The notes: generated by a model not told the origin, from the letters alone. Shown: positions 12,641 to 26,771, counted from the stretch's first letter. The stretch is 64,000 nucleotides of DNA from Eledone cirrhosa (GCA_964016885.1 OZ024740.1:130882001-130946000), one strand, 5' to 3'. Made by a program: numbers and translations.

Positions 12641-12813
12641 TAATACATATCAACATTTTCTTTCCATCGCCCATATTATTAAACCCTTAAATATTATTCT
12701 TAATACATATTAATATTTTCTTTCCATCGCACATATTATTAAACCCTTAAATATTTTTCTTAATACATATTAACATTTTCTTTTCATCGCACATACTATT
12801 AAACCCTTCAATA
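12641..12813. repeat. 60 bp minisatellite, ~3 copies
   Basis: taatacatat...catcgc...aaaccctt at 12641, 12701, 12761. Confidence 0.9.
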
Positions 12814-13165
12814 TACAACCTTAACTTTACATTATTTTTCTCTTCGTTAATTTTCAAATGCTTTTAATTTATACATTATCTTCAAACGGTTTTTCAACCT
12901 CTCTATGTAAAACAATATATTTTTCTCAGTTGTAAAAGATATCTCTCTTTCTCTATCACCCATCTCTCCTCCTATCTATTCCTTCCTCATTATACTCCTC
13001 CCTCTCCACTTTTTACTCTCATGTCCTCCTCTTTTTCATCCTTGCCCCCCCCCCCTCCAAAAACATGTTTCCCAATATCACACATCAATCTAAAACTACT
13101 TTTCATATGTTGATTTAAAACTGCACTATCCACAACTGTTTTTTAACCTTCATATCATGTCTTCC

Positions 13166-13236
13166 TATTTTATCTGATGAAAACACAAATATTATTGCAT
13201 GATGATATTTGTTTTTGAAATGCGCATAATAAAATA
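13166..13236 (+). ncRNA. Type I hammerhead ribozyme
   Basis: tattttat-CTGATGA-aaacacaaatat...atatttgttttt-GAA-atgcgcat (palindrome)-A-ataaaata. Confidence 0.85.
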
Positions 13237-13267
13237 CATGGAACTCTTTTCAACCATCTTTTGTTCT

Positions 13268-13305
<38 letters not shown>

Positions 13306-13307
13306 AT

Positions 13308-14325
13308 CTAAGGCGGGTAAAATTCCCGAGATCCATGGACGAGTTCTCTCCAGCGGTCTCTGTCCCTCATTATCGCTGCCATGTCCTGCGTCTCCAACAG
13401 ACCAGTGTCTGTCCTTAGGGCATCAACATATGTTAACCTTGGTCTTCCTCTTCCAGTGTGTCCATGTAGGGGCTCCCAAAGGAGCACGGAGTGCAATGTC
13501 AACTCTGGATGTCGGTGAGCATGTCCAGCCAACCTCAGTCTCCTCTGTGTCACTTTTGAGCTGACTTTTGGGAGGCTCCCATACAGCTCTGAGTTTTTCA
13601 TCCTCAGTGTATACTGATTAATGTTCAGAGCCATCCTCAGCATTCTCGTGTAGCACCCATCCACCATCTGAGTGAGTCTCTTGGTCAGTGTCCAAGTCTC
13701 AGACCCATACAGCAGCACAGACTCCACTACAGCAATGAAGAGGCGGATTTTCAGGTCTCTACGAAGGTCCGACTTCCACACCGATCTCAAGCTGTGGCAC
13801 GCTGCCCAGGCCTTGCTCTTCCTCTCAACCACATCATCTTCCGTATTCCCAATCTTTGCTCCCAAATACAGGAAGTCCTCAACCAATTCCAGCGGCTTCC
13901 CGCCTACATTAGTGATCCCCTCTGGCTTCTCAACATTCTCTACCAGATATTTTGTTTTAGTCTCATTCATTCTCAGCCCCACACTCATCGACACAGTCTC
14001 AACCTCCCGCATCAAATCCTCTGCCTCCTTCACTGTATTTGTCACCAAAACTATGTCGTCGGCAAATTCAGCATCCGATACCTTTTTCGCCCCAACTCTC
14101 CTGCTCTGAGCCGGTGCTACAGTAAAGCCAGAGTCCTGGTGTTTCTCCAGTGCAAGGCGCATACAATAGTCCACTACGATGATAAAAAGGTAGGGAGCCA
14201 ATGTATCTCCCTGGAGCACTCCAGCCAGTATCTCAAAGAACTCTGTCATCCCATCAGGTGTAATGACTTGGGCTTTGGTGTTGGTGTAGAGCAGTGATAT
14301 CAGGTCCACTATCCTCTTGGGGATT

Positions 14326-14327
<2 letters not shown>
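13308..14327 (-). mobile_element. 5'-truncated RTE-clade LINE; uninterrupted RT and C-terminal ORF2 fragment inside (TA)n
   Basis: GVLQGDTLAPYLF, FADD, FLYLG, LLYGSETWTL, GRGRPR motifs; stop codon followed almost directly by (TA)n. Confidence 0.92.
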
Positions 14328-14380
<53 letters not shown>

Positions 14381-14386
<6 letters not shown>

Positions 14387-14778
14387 TAAACGGAATAGAA
14401 AATGCTGACAAATTGTTCACAGTTGAAAAATGGTTTAATTAGGAATAAAAGAGTATTAGTGATTGTATGGGTTAGTATTCAGTTGTGGTTTTAAGTTTTT
14501 AAGTTTTTTACCGGTTGCGCATTTCTAAATGCTTTTCAAAAATAATTTTGAGATAGAGTGTCCGTGCTGTTTGCTCTTATCTGAGCAAACAGCACGGACA
14601 CTCTATCTCAAAATTATTTTTGAAAAGCATTTAGAAATGCGCAACCGGTAAAAACTTAAAAACTTAAAACCACAACTGAATACTAACCCATACAATCACT
14701 AATACTCTTTTATTCCTAATTAAACCATTTTTCAACTGTGAACAATTTGTCAGCATTCTCTATTCCGTTTACCAATAT
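14381..14778. mobile_element. Solo fold-back palindrome of a PLE pseudo-LTR (~196 bp arms, 6 nt loop)
   Basis: Near-perfect inverted repeat around ttatct (14577-14582); homologous to 61033-61222 next to the PLE ORF; TA on both sides. Confidence 0.88.
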
Positions 14779-14814
14779 ATAATAACTTGTGTGTTACACC
14801 TCTATTCTTTTAAC

Positions 14815-14972
<158 letters not shown>

Positions 14973-15133
14973 TTTACATATATATATACATATTTGCTAG
15001 CAAAAATGCCACCAGTCGTAAACAACTACCACACCCCTTCCAACCTGACCGCAACTTCGTCACGATGTTTAGCCATTTTGAATGAATTCTTGGCGCGATC
15101 ACTTTGGAAAACTTAGTGTCTAGATAAGAGCGA

Positions 15134-15221
15134 ACTTCCTGATGAATCCGGTACTCGAGTTTATATAATTATTACATAATTATTGGAAGACTCAAAATAC
15201 GGATGAAACCATGGTAGAGGT
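15134..15221 (+). ncRNA. Type I hammerhead ribozyme
   Basis: acttc-CTGATGA-atccg...cggat-GAA-accatggt (palindrome)-A-gaggt. Confidence 0.88.
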
Positions 15222-15798
15222 ATTTAAATGTATTCTATTTTCTCCTAGTTTATTTTACACCTTGTTCTGTTAAGTTGACTGTATCTGGGCGATTACGCTG
15301 TCGAAATATTCGATAAATATTCCGCTACGGCCGACGCGAAGGGCTAGTTTTGGTTATTTGTCGGAGATTTCTTTATAGAAGCCTCATTCTTATAGCCTGG
15401 TCTATTCGATTTTTTATATAGTTAATTATGCTAATTAGGAGAGGAAATAGTATATATTTTATCTTGTGATTCTATAGACATGTTTTATGATATATAGCTC
15501 TGATTATTTAATTTATTAATTTTTCATTCAGCCACAAAGTGACCAGTTGCAAAACACGTATATGTATATATATGTATATATATATATATATATGTAACAT
15601 TTTATATGTAATAATCTCCCATTAGGTTGAGATACAAATTTGGCTGTATTGTGCTGTGCTTTCTAGCAAAAATGCCACCAGTCGTAAGAAACTACCACAC
15701 CCTTCCAACCTGACCGCGACTATGTCACGATATTTAGCCATTTAGAATGAATTCTTGGCGCGATCACTTTGGAAAATTTAGTGTCTAGATAAGAGCGA

Positions 15799-15886
15799 AC
15801 TTCCTGATGAATCCGGTGCTCGAGTTTATATAATTATTACGTAATTATTGGAAGACTCAAAATACGGATGAAACTATGGTAGAGGT
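15799..15886 (+). ncRNA. Type I hammerhead ribozyme
   Basis: Second copy, helix III actatggt. Confidence 0.85.
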
Positions 15887-16154
15887 ATTTAAATGTATTC
15901 TATTTTCTCTTAGTTTATTTTACACCTAATTCTGTTTAGTTGACTGTATCTGGGCGATTACGCTGTCGAAATATTCCATAAATATTCCGCTACGGCCGAC
16001 GCGAAGGGCTAGTTTTGGTTATTTGTCGGTGATTTCTTCATAGAAGCCTCATTCTTATAGCCTGGTCTATTCCATTTTTCATATAGTTAATTATGCTAAT
16101 TGGGAGAGGAAATAGTATATATTTTATCTTGTGATTCTATAGACATGTTTTATG

Positions 16155-18176
<2,022 letters not shown>

Positions 18177-18598
18177 AAAATTAACAACTATATTGTGTTG
18201 GTTATGTTGTATATTATCGCATTACTGTATTTCATTTTCCTATTATAATTTCCATCTTTTACTATACTATCTTTCCTCGCCATAACCTTAATTTATATTC
18301 ACCTAACAACTCAATACAACACTAATCACCATTAATTTTTACATTCCTTTTAAACGTCACTATACCAGATACATTCAACTATCAGTTTGACAATCCCTTT
18401 CCTCCTAATAGATTTTTATACCAATTCTACTATTAACACCATTCAACCATTCCTTTCAAAGCGTCGTGACCTCAACTAAAGTGTATTACTTTTCATCTTA
18501 ACACCATATGGAAAAAACAATTTGATTGTTTATATTCTTCAACTACCTCCAAACAAGAACATGATACTAACATACTACTAATTCTGAATAAAACTATT

Positions 18599-18738
18599 AT
18601 TGCTTTTGAAAACAGCTGGTGATATGCATGTAAGTAAATATTCTCTTTATCTGATATTTTGTAACTAGCCTTACATAGATCAATAACGGAGTAGAGCTAC
18701 AATGTATTATCATCACCTAGAATCGATCGTAAAGCAGT
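18599..18738 (+). ncRNA. Candidate HHR with U3:A8 core and ~105 nt helix II insert (5' pseudo-LTR)
   Basis: attgctt-TTGAAAA...ggtgat/atcacc...GAAT-cgatcgt-A-aagcagt. Confidence 0.5.
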
Positions 18739-19002
18739 GAAGTATATCTCTAATGACTTGATTTTTCATTTCATGTTTTAACTTATGTCATGACTCTGTT
18801 TTCCTTTTAATGTTTTATGGTTTTCCGGGATTTATCTTAACCTACAATATTTTCATCATATGGATTACATCAAGTTCTTGATGCAGAATAGACCCCAAAA
18901 CTTACAGTGGACACCTCTGTGCATTTTGCTCCTTCAATATATTTTTCATAATTGATTATAATATTTAGTTGAGCTCTTTTTTTATCTAATTCCTGCATCA
19001 CA

Positions 19003-21799
19003 ATGGAAAAACAATATTTGTGTACCTCGTTGAAGAATATTCCAATTCCACCTAAAGATGAATATCTACTCTTGCTCATACAAAAAACTAACCAATTTAT
19101 TAGGAGAATGAGATGGAGGGCTTACCATTTTGACAACAAAACCAATACAAATGAAATGAAGTATCTGCTATGGATTCAAAACATACAAAAATCCTCCTAA
19201 TAATATTCAACTTGAAAATTTGGAGCGCCCTACTGAACATGATTAAAAACATAAAGGGATTGTACTCTACCCTTCTACAACTGAAACATTCAAACAAGGT
19301 CCATGTCCATTCTGACAAAACTGGTAATTTGTACCATATGGATACCGATAAATATAACCAGTTCATATATAAAGAACTTAGAAAAAACTATAAGAAAGCA
19401 AATACCACCGCACTAATATCCTTGAACAACATATCAGGTGATATAGTAAAAAAGCTCCAGATTGAAGATAGGACAGCCTTTCACACGATAAGCCCACACT
19501 TCAACCTGAAAGACCATACATCTGACTTTAACTCAAACCCATCTGTTAGACTGATATGCCCATCAAAATCTGATATCCGTAATATCAGCAAACAGATTAT
19601 TGATCGTATCATTCCGCAAATTAGAAAATGTGTAACACTTCCACTATGGAATAACACTTCCCAAGTTATTGAATGGCTCACTAGCATTGGGCATAACAAC
19701 TCAGCTTGATTCATTCAATTCGACATCGATTCTTACTATTTTTCGATTTCTCCAATTATTTTAAACAAAGCACTGATCTTAGCCAGAAATAGATCCGATT
19801 TATCTACAGAGGAAATCAACATCATAACGCACGCTAGAAAAACCTTACTAAACTTCCAAGAAGAATACTGGACAAGAAACACATATAACAACTTATTCGA
19901 TATTACGATGGGATCCATGCACTCTGCTCAAGTTACAGACCTCGTTGGACTATTTCTCCTCTATAATATTTAGGGCGCTTTTCCCCACCACAAAGGTGGT
20001 CTTTATCGGGATGATTGTATATTGTTATATAATAATCTGATCAATTCCAATATAGAGAAAAACAAAAGACAAATTAGAAAATTCCTCAAGGACTATTACA
20101 GCCTTATCCTCATTTTTGAAACCACTTCAAAAGTAGCTAATTTCCTTGACGTTACCTTAGACCTCTCTACGAATACTTATCAACATTACTACAAACCCAA
20201 CCAGAATCTATATTATGTACATTCACGATCTAACCAGAACTTAGTATATAACATATCTCTTAGACTTTCTAAATTATCTTCCAATGAAGATATATTTTAT
20301 AATAATGCACCCTTCTACAACGAGGCCTTAACTAGGAGTGGATATAAAGAAAAAATCTCATATATCCCCAACACTATTATCGACCAAAATATAGAACCTA
20401 GCAAAAACAACAAACACCAAAAAATAACTATGAAACAAATACGTAAAGAGGTTATTCCTATCACACCAAATAATCGAAAAACCACAACAACTATTTCTAC
20501 ACGATTATGACCAATGTTATCAACCCACATATGAATACCAAGCACACAACATCTCATAATCTACCTAATAATAACACCAGATACAACCACCGTAATTTAC
20601 CATTTCCACAAATAAGGATACTAACCTAGGAATTCTTCTAGAACACAACACAATAATATAATTGGTAATAAGAACTTAACTAAAAACCGCAAAAGAAACA
20701 TAACATGGTACAACGCACCCTTCAACCTGCAAACTATTGGACAAATCCCCCCAAAATTCTTTGAAATTCTACATATACATTTTCCACCAAACCACAGATA
20801 CCACCAAATATTTAACAAATATACTGTTAAATTCTCATACTCTATATCAAACAATATCCAGCAAAAAATAAGCAACTACAACATTTATAAACTTAAAAAT
20901 AATATGACTACACCACCACAACATAATTTAAATAGGACAGCACCTTTTAAAAAGGCAAATAATACAATAACTCAACCTAGAAAACACAACCACCCAAATA
21001 ACCAACACAAACATAAAAGAACACAAAATAACAAAACAACACTAGCACCAAACAACCCACAAAGCAACTTCATTCTCCTGCTGTCATTAATTACAATAGA
21101 AAAGGGCGGTGAATTGGCAGTATCGGTAGAGGGTCGGACGCCATGCTTTGCAGCATAGTTAGTTCCCTTTACCGTCTGAGTTCAAATCCCGCCAAGGCTA
21201 ACTTTGCCTTTCATCCTTAAGGAGTCGATAACATAAAGTACCAGTAATGTACTGGCATAATTGCTGGCCTCGTGCTAAAAGTAGAAACAATTAATTAGAA
21301 TAGGAATAGTTCAAGGATTAATGATAATAGTATAGGCACCCCCAACAACCATCTTAAGTATGGTTGCAATTGCAGAAATAAAAGCATTTGACACTTAAAT
21401 GGCAACTGTTTGATTAATAATGTAGTATATAAATGCACTGTGTCCATTACAGACTCCAACAAAACATATATAGGATCTACATAAAACATATTTAATAAAC
21501 AATTTTACGCACACACTAGTAGTTTCAACAATACTAAACTAGCTAACACCACATCTTTAGATGAAGCCGTAATTCATTATAAATAGAAAAGAATAGATTT
21601 CAAGCTATCGTGGAACACCATTCTACAAAGTACTCCATATCCTGGGAACAGGAGGGAATGCAGATCATGTTCAGGTGAGATCTTGGAAATAACTAAATCT
21701 AACAACGATTTATTAAATAAAAGGCAAGAACTGATCATAGTTTGTAATCACCGTATACGATGAACATTTATATACTATTCACCTAATTAAATATTCTAA
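19003..21799 (+). pseudogene. Disrupted PLE RT + GIY-YIG endonuclease ORF
   Basis: SLKNIPIP, RRMRWRA, DKTGN, LKDH, FIQFDI, DITMGS, GGLYRDD, NFLDVTLDL, WYNAP, CNCR; stops, frameshifts and a SINE insertion. Confidence 0.92.
21103..21290 (+). mobile_element. tRNA-derived SINE inserted in the PLE, ~14 bp TSD
   Basis: B-box gagttcaaatccc; TSD attaatta(c/g)aatag at 21086-21099 and 21290-21303; empty site in the inverted copy near 17175-17190. Confidence 0.88.
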
Positions 21800-22219
21800 A
21801 TAGCAACTCACTATAATTCTATATAGAGTAACATTTATTAGTAACACTTTCCCATAATGATATGCATTCATGCTTAATTTTTAACTTTTAATGTTTTAGC
21901 TTCCTTAGGTTTATGCGTTAATGACTAAGGGTACCAAGGTACACAACCACCTGTAATTGCAGGAGTAAATTTATATCTATGTATGATATGAAAATATATT
22001 TATGTGCGTGTATATATATATTTATGTATATGTAAATATATGTATATATATATATATACACTCTAGTATTTTAATTCTTATATATAAATATGTGTGTGTG
22101 TGTATGTGTGTGTTTGTGTGTGTGTATATGTGAGTATATGTGTATGAGTGTTTATATATGAGTGTGTGTACATGTATGAGGTGTTTACATACACACATAT
22201 ATATATATGTATCTCTCTC

Positions 22220-22277
<58 letters not shown>

Positions 22278-23031
22278 CGTGTGTGTGTATGTATGTGTGT
22301 GCATGTCGGTATAGGTGTGTATGTGTTGATATATATATGTATGGATATGTGTGAGTATGATTATTTGCACATGTGTAAATGTGTATTTAGGTTTGCATCT
22401 ATTTGTGCGTATGTATATCTTTTGTTGGATATCAAAATGACTGTACCCCTCTATATATAGTGTGGATATATGCACTTTGTAATCTATGAAATTTATGGGT
22501 TTTAACTATCCCAACATGTATTTTTTCTGAGTTTGATTATTTATACATAAACATACTTGATAGTATTCTAGAGCATATCATATGCTGTATTAAGTGTACT
22601 AAGTGCAATTTACCACACCGTACTATATTGTATTGGTTATGTTGTATAATATCGCATTACTGCATTTCATTATCTTCTTATAATTTTCATCTTTTAATAT
22701 ACTATCTTTCCTAGCCATAACCTTATTTTATATTCACCTAAAAACTCAATACAACACTAACCAACATTTATTTTTACTTCCTTTTAAACTTCACTATACC
22801 AGATACATTCAACTATCAGTTTGACAATCCCTTTGCTCCTAATAGACGTTTATGCCAATTCTACTATTAACACCATTCAACCATTCCATTCAGAGGGCCA
22901 TGACCTCAACTAAAGGGTATTACTTTTTTATCTTAACACCATATGAAAAAATTGATTGGTTAGTTCTTCACACACACCTCCAAACAAGGACATAAAGCTA
23001 ACATACTACTAATTCTGAATAAAATTATTAA

Positions 23032-23167
23032 TGCTTTTGAAAACAGCTGGTGATATGCATGAAAGTAAATATTCTCTTTATCTGATATTTTGTAACTAAC
23101 CTTACATAGATCAATAATGGAGTACAGCTACAATGTATTATCATCACCTAGAAACGATCATAAAGCA
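23032..23167 (+). ncRNA. Candidate HHR with U3:A8 core (3' pseudo-LTR)
   Basis: tgctt-TTGAAAA...GAAA-cgatcat-A-aagca. Confidence 0.5.
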
Positions 23168-23331
23168 GTGAAGTATATCTCTAATGACTTGATTTTTTAT
23201 TTCATTGTTTTAACTTATATATATATATATATATATATATATACGTAGGTCCCGGGTTGAGTCGGCGATAACCACAGTAAGTAAGGTACTCAATAAAATG
23301 GCAGAGTAAATTTGTTTTATTTCATAGAAGG

Positions 23332-23382
23332 AGCTTCTACAGGACTAGTACTGTTTCATTCAGATGAAATCTTCAGGAAGCT
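23332..23382 (-). ncRNA. Type I hammerhead ribozyme (U-U at base of helix II)
   Basis: agcttc-CTGAAGA-t ttc atct gaa t-GAA-acag...ctgt-A-gaagct. Confidence 0.85.
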
Positions 23383-23696
23383 GGGTGTCATATTAAGTTC
23401 TGGTATTTATACAATTAGGTAGTGGTAAGAGAGGGGTGGTGGCTGGGGGAGGGATTTTTTTGGCGTAGGATGGTATATAGATACACAGGACCACAACCTG
23501 GCACAGGCTGTTTTTTCTTTGGGGAGTGGTCAATTAGGCAGAGTGCTTTTTTGAAATAAATAAATAAGTAAATAAATAAATAAATGAATGAATGAATAAA
23601 TAAATAAATAAATAAAAAAAAAATTAAAATAAAATAAAATAAAATAAAATAAAAATAAAGAAAAAAACCCAAGAATAGTAATTCAACAGATATATA

Positions 23697-24222
23697 TGTT
23701 TCTTTTATTTGCCACCAGGGCATCAAAAGTGGGACAAGTACAATGGGGGGAGTTTACAAAATAAGGCAATAACAATATATAAAAATAAAATAAAATATGA
23801 CAAAAAATAAAAATTATAACAAAGTCCTCAATAGAGAGGAGGCGCCTTGGGGGGTCGCACACACCCCCGAAAAAAGTGTGCAACCCTTCTCCTCAGGAGC
23901 ACAGAGAAGGGGTTCTCCCTTGGTCTTTCATCTTCCTCACCTATAGTCTGATGTAGAGTGAAGGCCCATTCACACGGGCCATTCTCACCAATTTCACCCA
24001 TCTTTCATAGAAACGGCTGGGGTGCAGCACCTCTCTCTCCATCCTGATTCTTCTTCCGAAATGATATCGGAAGAAACGGACCAGTTGTTGGCCAGAGAGA
24101 AAGTTGTCTGACCTCAGTCCTTTCAGACGCGTCCACCATACAACCTCGTTCGCCATGGCTATTACGCACAGAAACACCGCCTCTCCTTCGTTTTTGAAGA
24201 GGGGAGGCGGCTTGATCGTTAC
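23697..24222 (-). mobile_element. 5'-truncated L1/Tx1-like LINE 3' end with 23 bp TSD
   Basis: TSD aatagtaattcaacagatatata at 23674-23696 and 24223-24245; empty site near 29400-29422; peptide IAMANEVVWWTRLK...FYERW resembles a Tx1 ORF2 C-terminus; aataaa near the 3' end. Confidence 0.75.
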
Positions 24223-24649
24223 AATAGTAATTCAACAGATATATAGTAGGGAAATTTGTTTAGGTGGGTTAGTAATAGAAGGTAAACAAGACCGAATCAT
24301 GGCACAGACTGAGGTGAGTGGTCAAGTTAACATACAAGCCACAGGTGGCCAGAGTGTTTTTGTAGAATGGAAATAAAATATATTTACATACTCACAACCA
24401 CATACATAAACACTTACACACACATATATTTAAATGCATACCCATACGTACATATACATATATATATATATATATAGGAACCAGTAAGACCCCGACGGCG
24501 GAGCTCAAGCCGTTTCGACGCCTAATTATATATATATATATATATAAATTTACATATATATATATACCTACCATACATCTTACTTATATATATACATATA
24601 TATATACATATATATACACATACATACATATACATACACATGCGTGTGC

Positions 24650-24686
<37 letters not shown>

Positions 24687-24783
24687 AGAGAAAAAACACA
24701 AACACACAAATATACACACACACACGCATAAACATACACATATATATATATATATATATGTCTACACGTACACACGTGCGTAT

Positions 24784-24822
<39 letters not shown>

Positions 24823-25005
24823 CCCACATACATGTATGTATGTCTCTCGGTATAAACTATACTATACATACACATACATACATATGCACACACATACATA
24901 CACATACGTACACACACACACAAACACATACATACACACATATATACACATACACATATACACATACAGACACACACACATATATATAATCTCATATATA
25001 TATAT

Positions 25006-25197
25006 ATAGGAACAAGTAAGACCCCGACGGCTGAGCTCAAGCCGTTTCGACGGCTAATTCAGTACAGAATTAGCCGTCGAAACGGCTTGAGCTCAGCCGT
25101 CGGGGTCTTACTTGTTCCTATTACCCACTCTACTACCCTAAGTATTGAGTACTTTGGTGCGTTATGGTCCACCTGGTTCCTTACCACATTTCCTTCG

Positions 25198-25198
<1 letters not shown>
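25006..25198. mobile_element. Fold-back palindrome of the 3' half of an HHR (55 bp arms) plus PLE-type tail
   Basis: Arms 25006-25060 and 25067-25121 contain gccgtc-GAA-acggct...agccgt-C-gggg; single arm also at 24474-24527. Confidence 0.8.
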
Positions 25199-25251
<53 letters not shown>

Positions 25252-25256
<5 letters not shown>

Positions 25257-26358
25257 TATTTGGGGAGGGTCATATTTGCGTAATATTGCCAGAATTAATA
25301 ACAGAACACACTCACTGTTTGGTTGGTTTTCGCTTCTCGCTGTCTTTTATATATATATATCTGCGATCTAACTTACTCGGTCCTCAATGTTGCCATTGAC
25401 TGACCGGCGGTCAAAAATAATACAGATACAATATAGACACAAACACATATATATAGTTTACATAATTTACATAAATCTTTCGTTGCACATCTGCAACATC
25501 GTCAGTGGTGTTATATTCATTGTTCCTCCTGTTGTGTTGTATGTCTACGCCATTTTTTTTTTGTTCAGTCTGTCTATATATTTATTTATTTATTTGCTTG
25601 TTTGTTTATCTTATTTTATTTTGTCTTCTTTGCGCATGCGTTTGCGTGTGTGTATAGTGTGATGTGTGACTAGTGTGTATAGTGTTGTGTCTGCTGGGTG
25701 AGTACTGACCCGTGAGTACACCCGTGAGTACTGGGTGAGTACTGACCCGTATAGTACTGACCCGTTTTTTCGTCCTTTTAGTTCCCCCCAGTGTTGGTCT
25801 ATCCTTTCACCTATGCTACGAGCTGTCTCACCTATGTATGTTGTTGTCATAGACACAACACTATACACACTAGTCACACATCACACTATACACACACGCA
25901 AACGCATGCGCAAAGAAGACAAAATAAAATAAGATAAACAAACAAGCAAATAAATAAATAAATATATAGACAGACTGAACAAAAAAAAAAAAAATGGCGT
26001 AGACATACAACACAACAGGAGGAACAATGAATATAACACCACTGACGATGTTGCAGATGTGCAACGAAAGATTTATGTAAATTATGTAAACTATATATAT
26101 GTGTTTGTGTCTATATTGTATCTGTATTATTTTTGACCGCCGGTCAGTCAATGGCAACATTGAGGACCGAGTAAGTTAGATCGCAGATATATATATATAT
26201 AAAAGACAGCGAGAAGCGAAAACCAACCAAACAGTGAGTGTGTTCTGTTATTAATTCTGGCAATATTACGCAAATATGACCCTCCCCAAATATAACAATA
26301 TCTGTTTCGACACACGATTTCATATAAAAAACCTCGCAAAACTAATTCATCGCCGCTA
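25252..26358. mobile_element. Fold-back PLE derivative: ~440 bp inverted arms around a GIY-YIG fragment
   Basis: 25252-25690 mirrors ~25852-26295; minus-strand peptide TYIGETARSIGERIDQH at ~25760-25850. Confidence 0.82.
26039..26078 (+). ncRNA. Minimal HHR with extra U after A9 (mirror copy 25469-25508, minus strand)
   Basis: ca-CTGACGA-t-gttgca gatg tgcaac-GAA-agattt-A-tg; helix I weak. Confidence 0.6.
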
Positions 26359-26399
26359 TATATATATACATACACATATACATACACATATACACGCAC

Positions 26400-26740
26400 A
26401 CACGCATACATACACATACATACAAATAAGTACACATAAACGCATATGCACAAACACGCACTCGTTCGCACACATACATGTGTCTATCTCTCATTATTAC
26501 CTTCTTTCCTCCCCTCCAGGTCTTATATATTGTGTTGTATGCCTCTGAGTAAAGTTCCATGGCCGCACACACAAATTCACGTATATACCTGCTCATGTTT
26601 GCATACGTGCAGTTATGAACTGCTGCACGCACACGTTCGTGATTTATTTATTTATCTATTTATCTATTTATATGTATATTTATTTATTTATTTATTTATT
26701 TATTTAGTTACTTTATTTACTTATTTATTTATTTATCTAT

Positions 26741-26771
<31 letters not shown>

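Larger units (their letters stand above)
12139..13275 (+). mobile_element. PLE-type 3' region / pseudo-LTR remnant with HHR and (TA)n tail
   Basis: Pyrimidine-rich tract, then HHR, then (TA)n; related inverted copy at ~45896-46036. Confidence 0.6.
14997..16160 (+). repeat. Dimer of a ~665 bp non-coding HHR-containing unit between (TA)n tracts
   Basis: ctagcaaaaatgccaccagtcgtaa at 14997 and 15663; one HHR per copy. Confidence 0.9.
18188..23218 (+). mobile_element. Penelope-like element (probably Hydra clade) with ~600 bp direct pseudo-LTRs (18188-18785, 22623-23218) and (TA)n tail
   Basis: Direct repeats flank a disrupted RT-GIY-YIG ORF. Confidence 0.92.
23244..24473 (-). mobile_element. PLE-type 3' UTR/pseudo-LTR segment interrupted by a Tx1-like LINE; inverted partner at ~29130-29775
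   Basis: Reverse complement match to 29130-29775; HHR, then tail, then (TA)n. Confidence 0.75.

Noticed and set aside
14404-14442. Alternative HHR reading CTGACAA...GAAA on the other strand of the palindrome arm
   Set aside because: C3-A8 cannot pair, no helix I, and it points away from the TA tail
25695-25765. CRISPR-like short repeats
   Set aside because: No unique spacers, no cas genes, eukaryotic context
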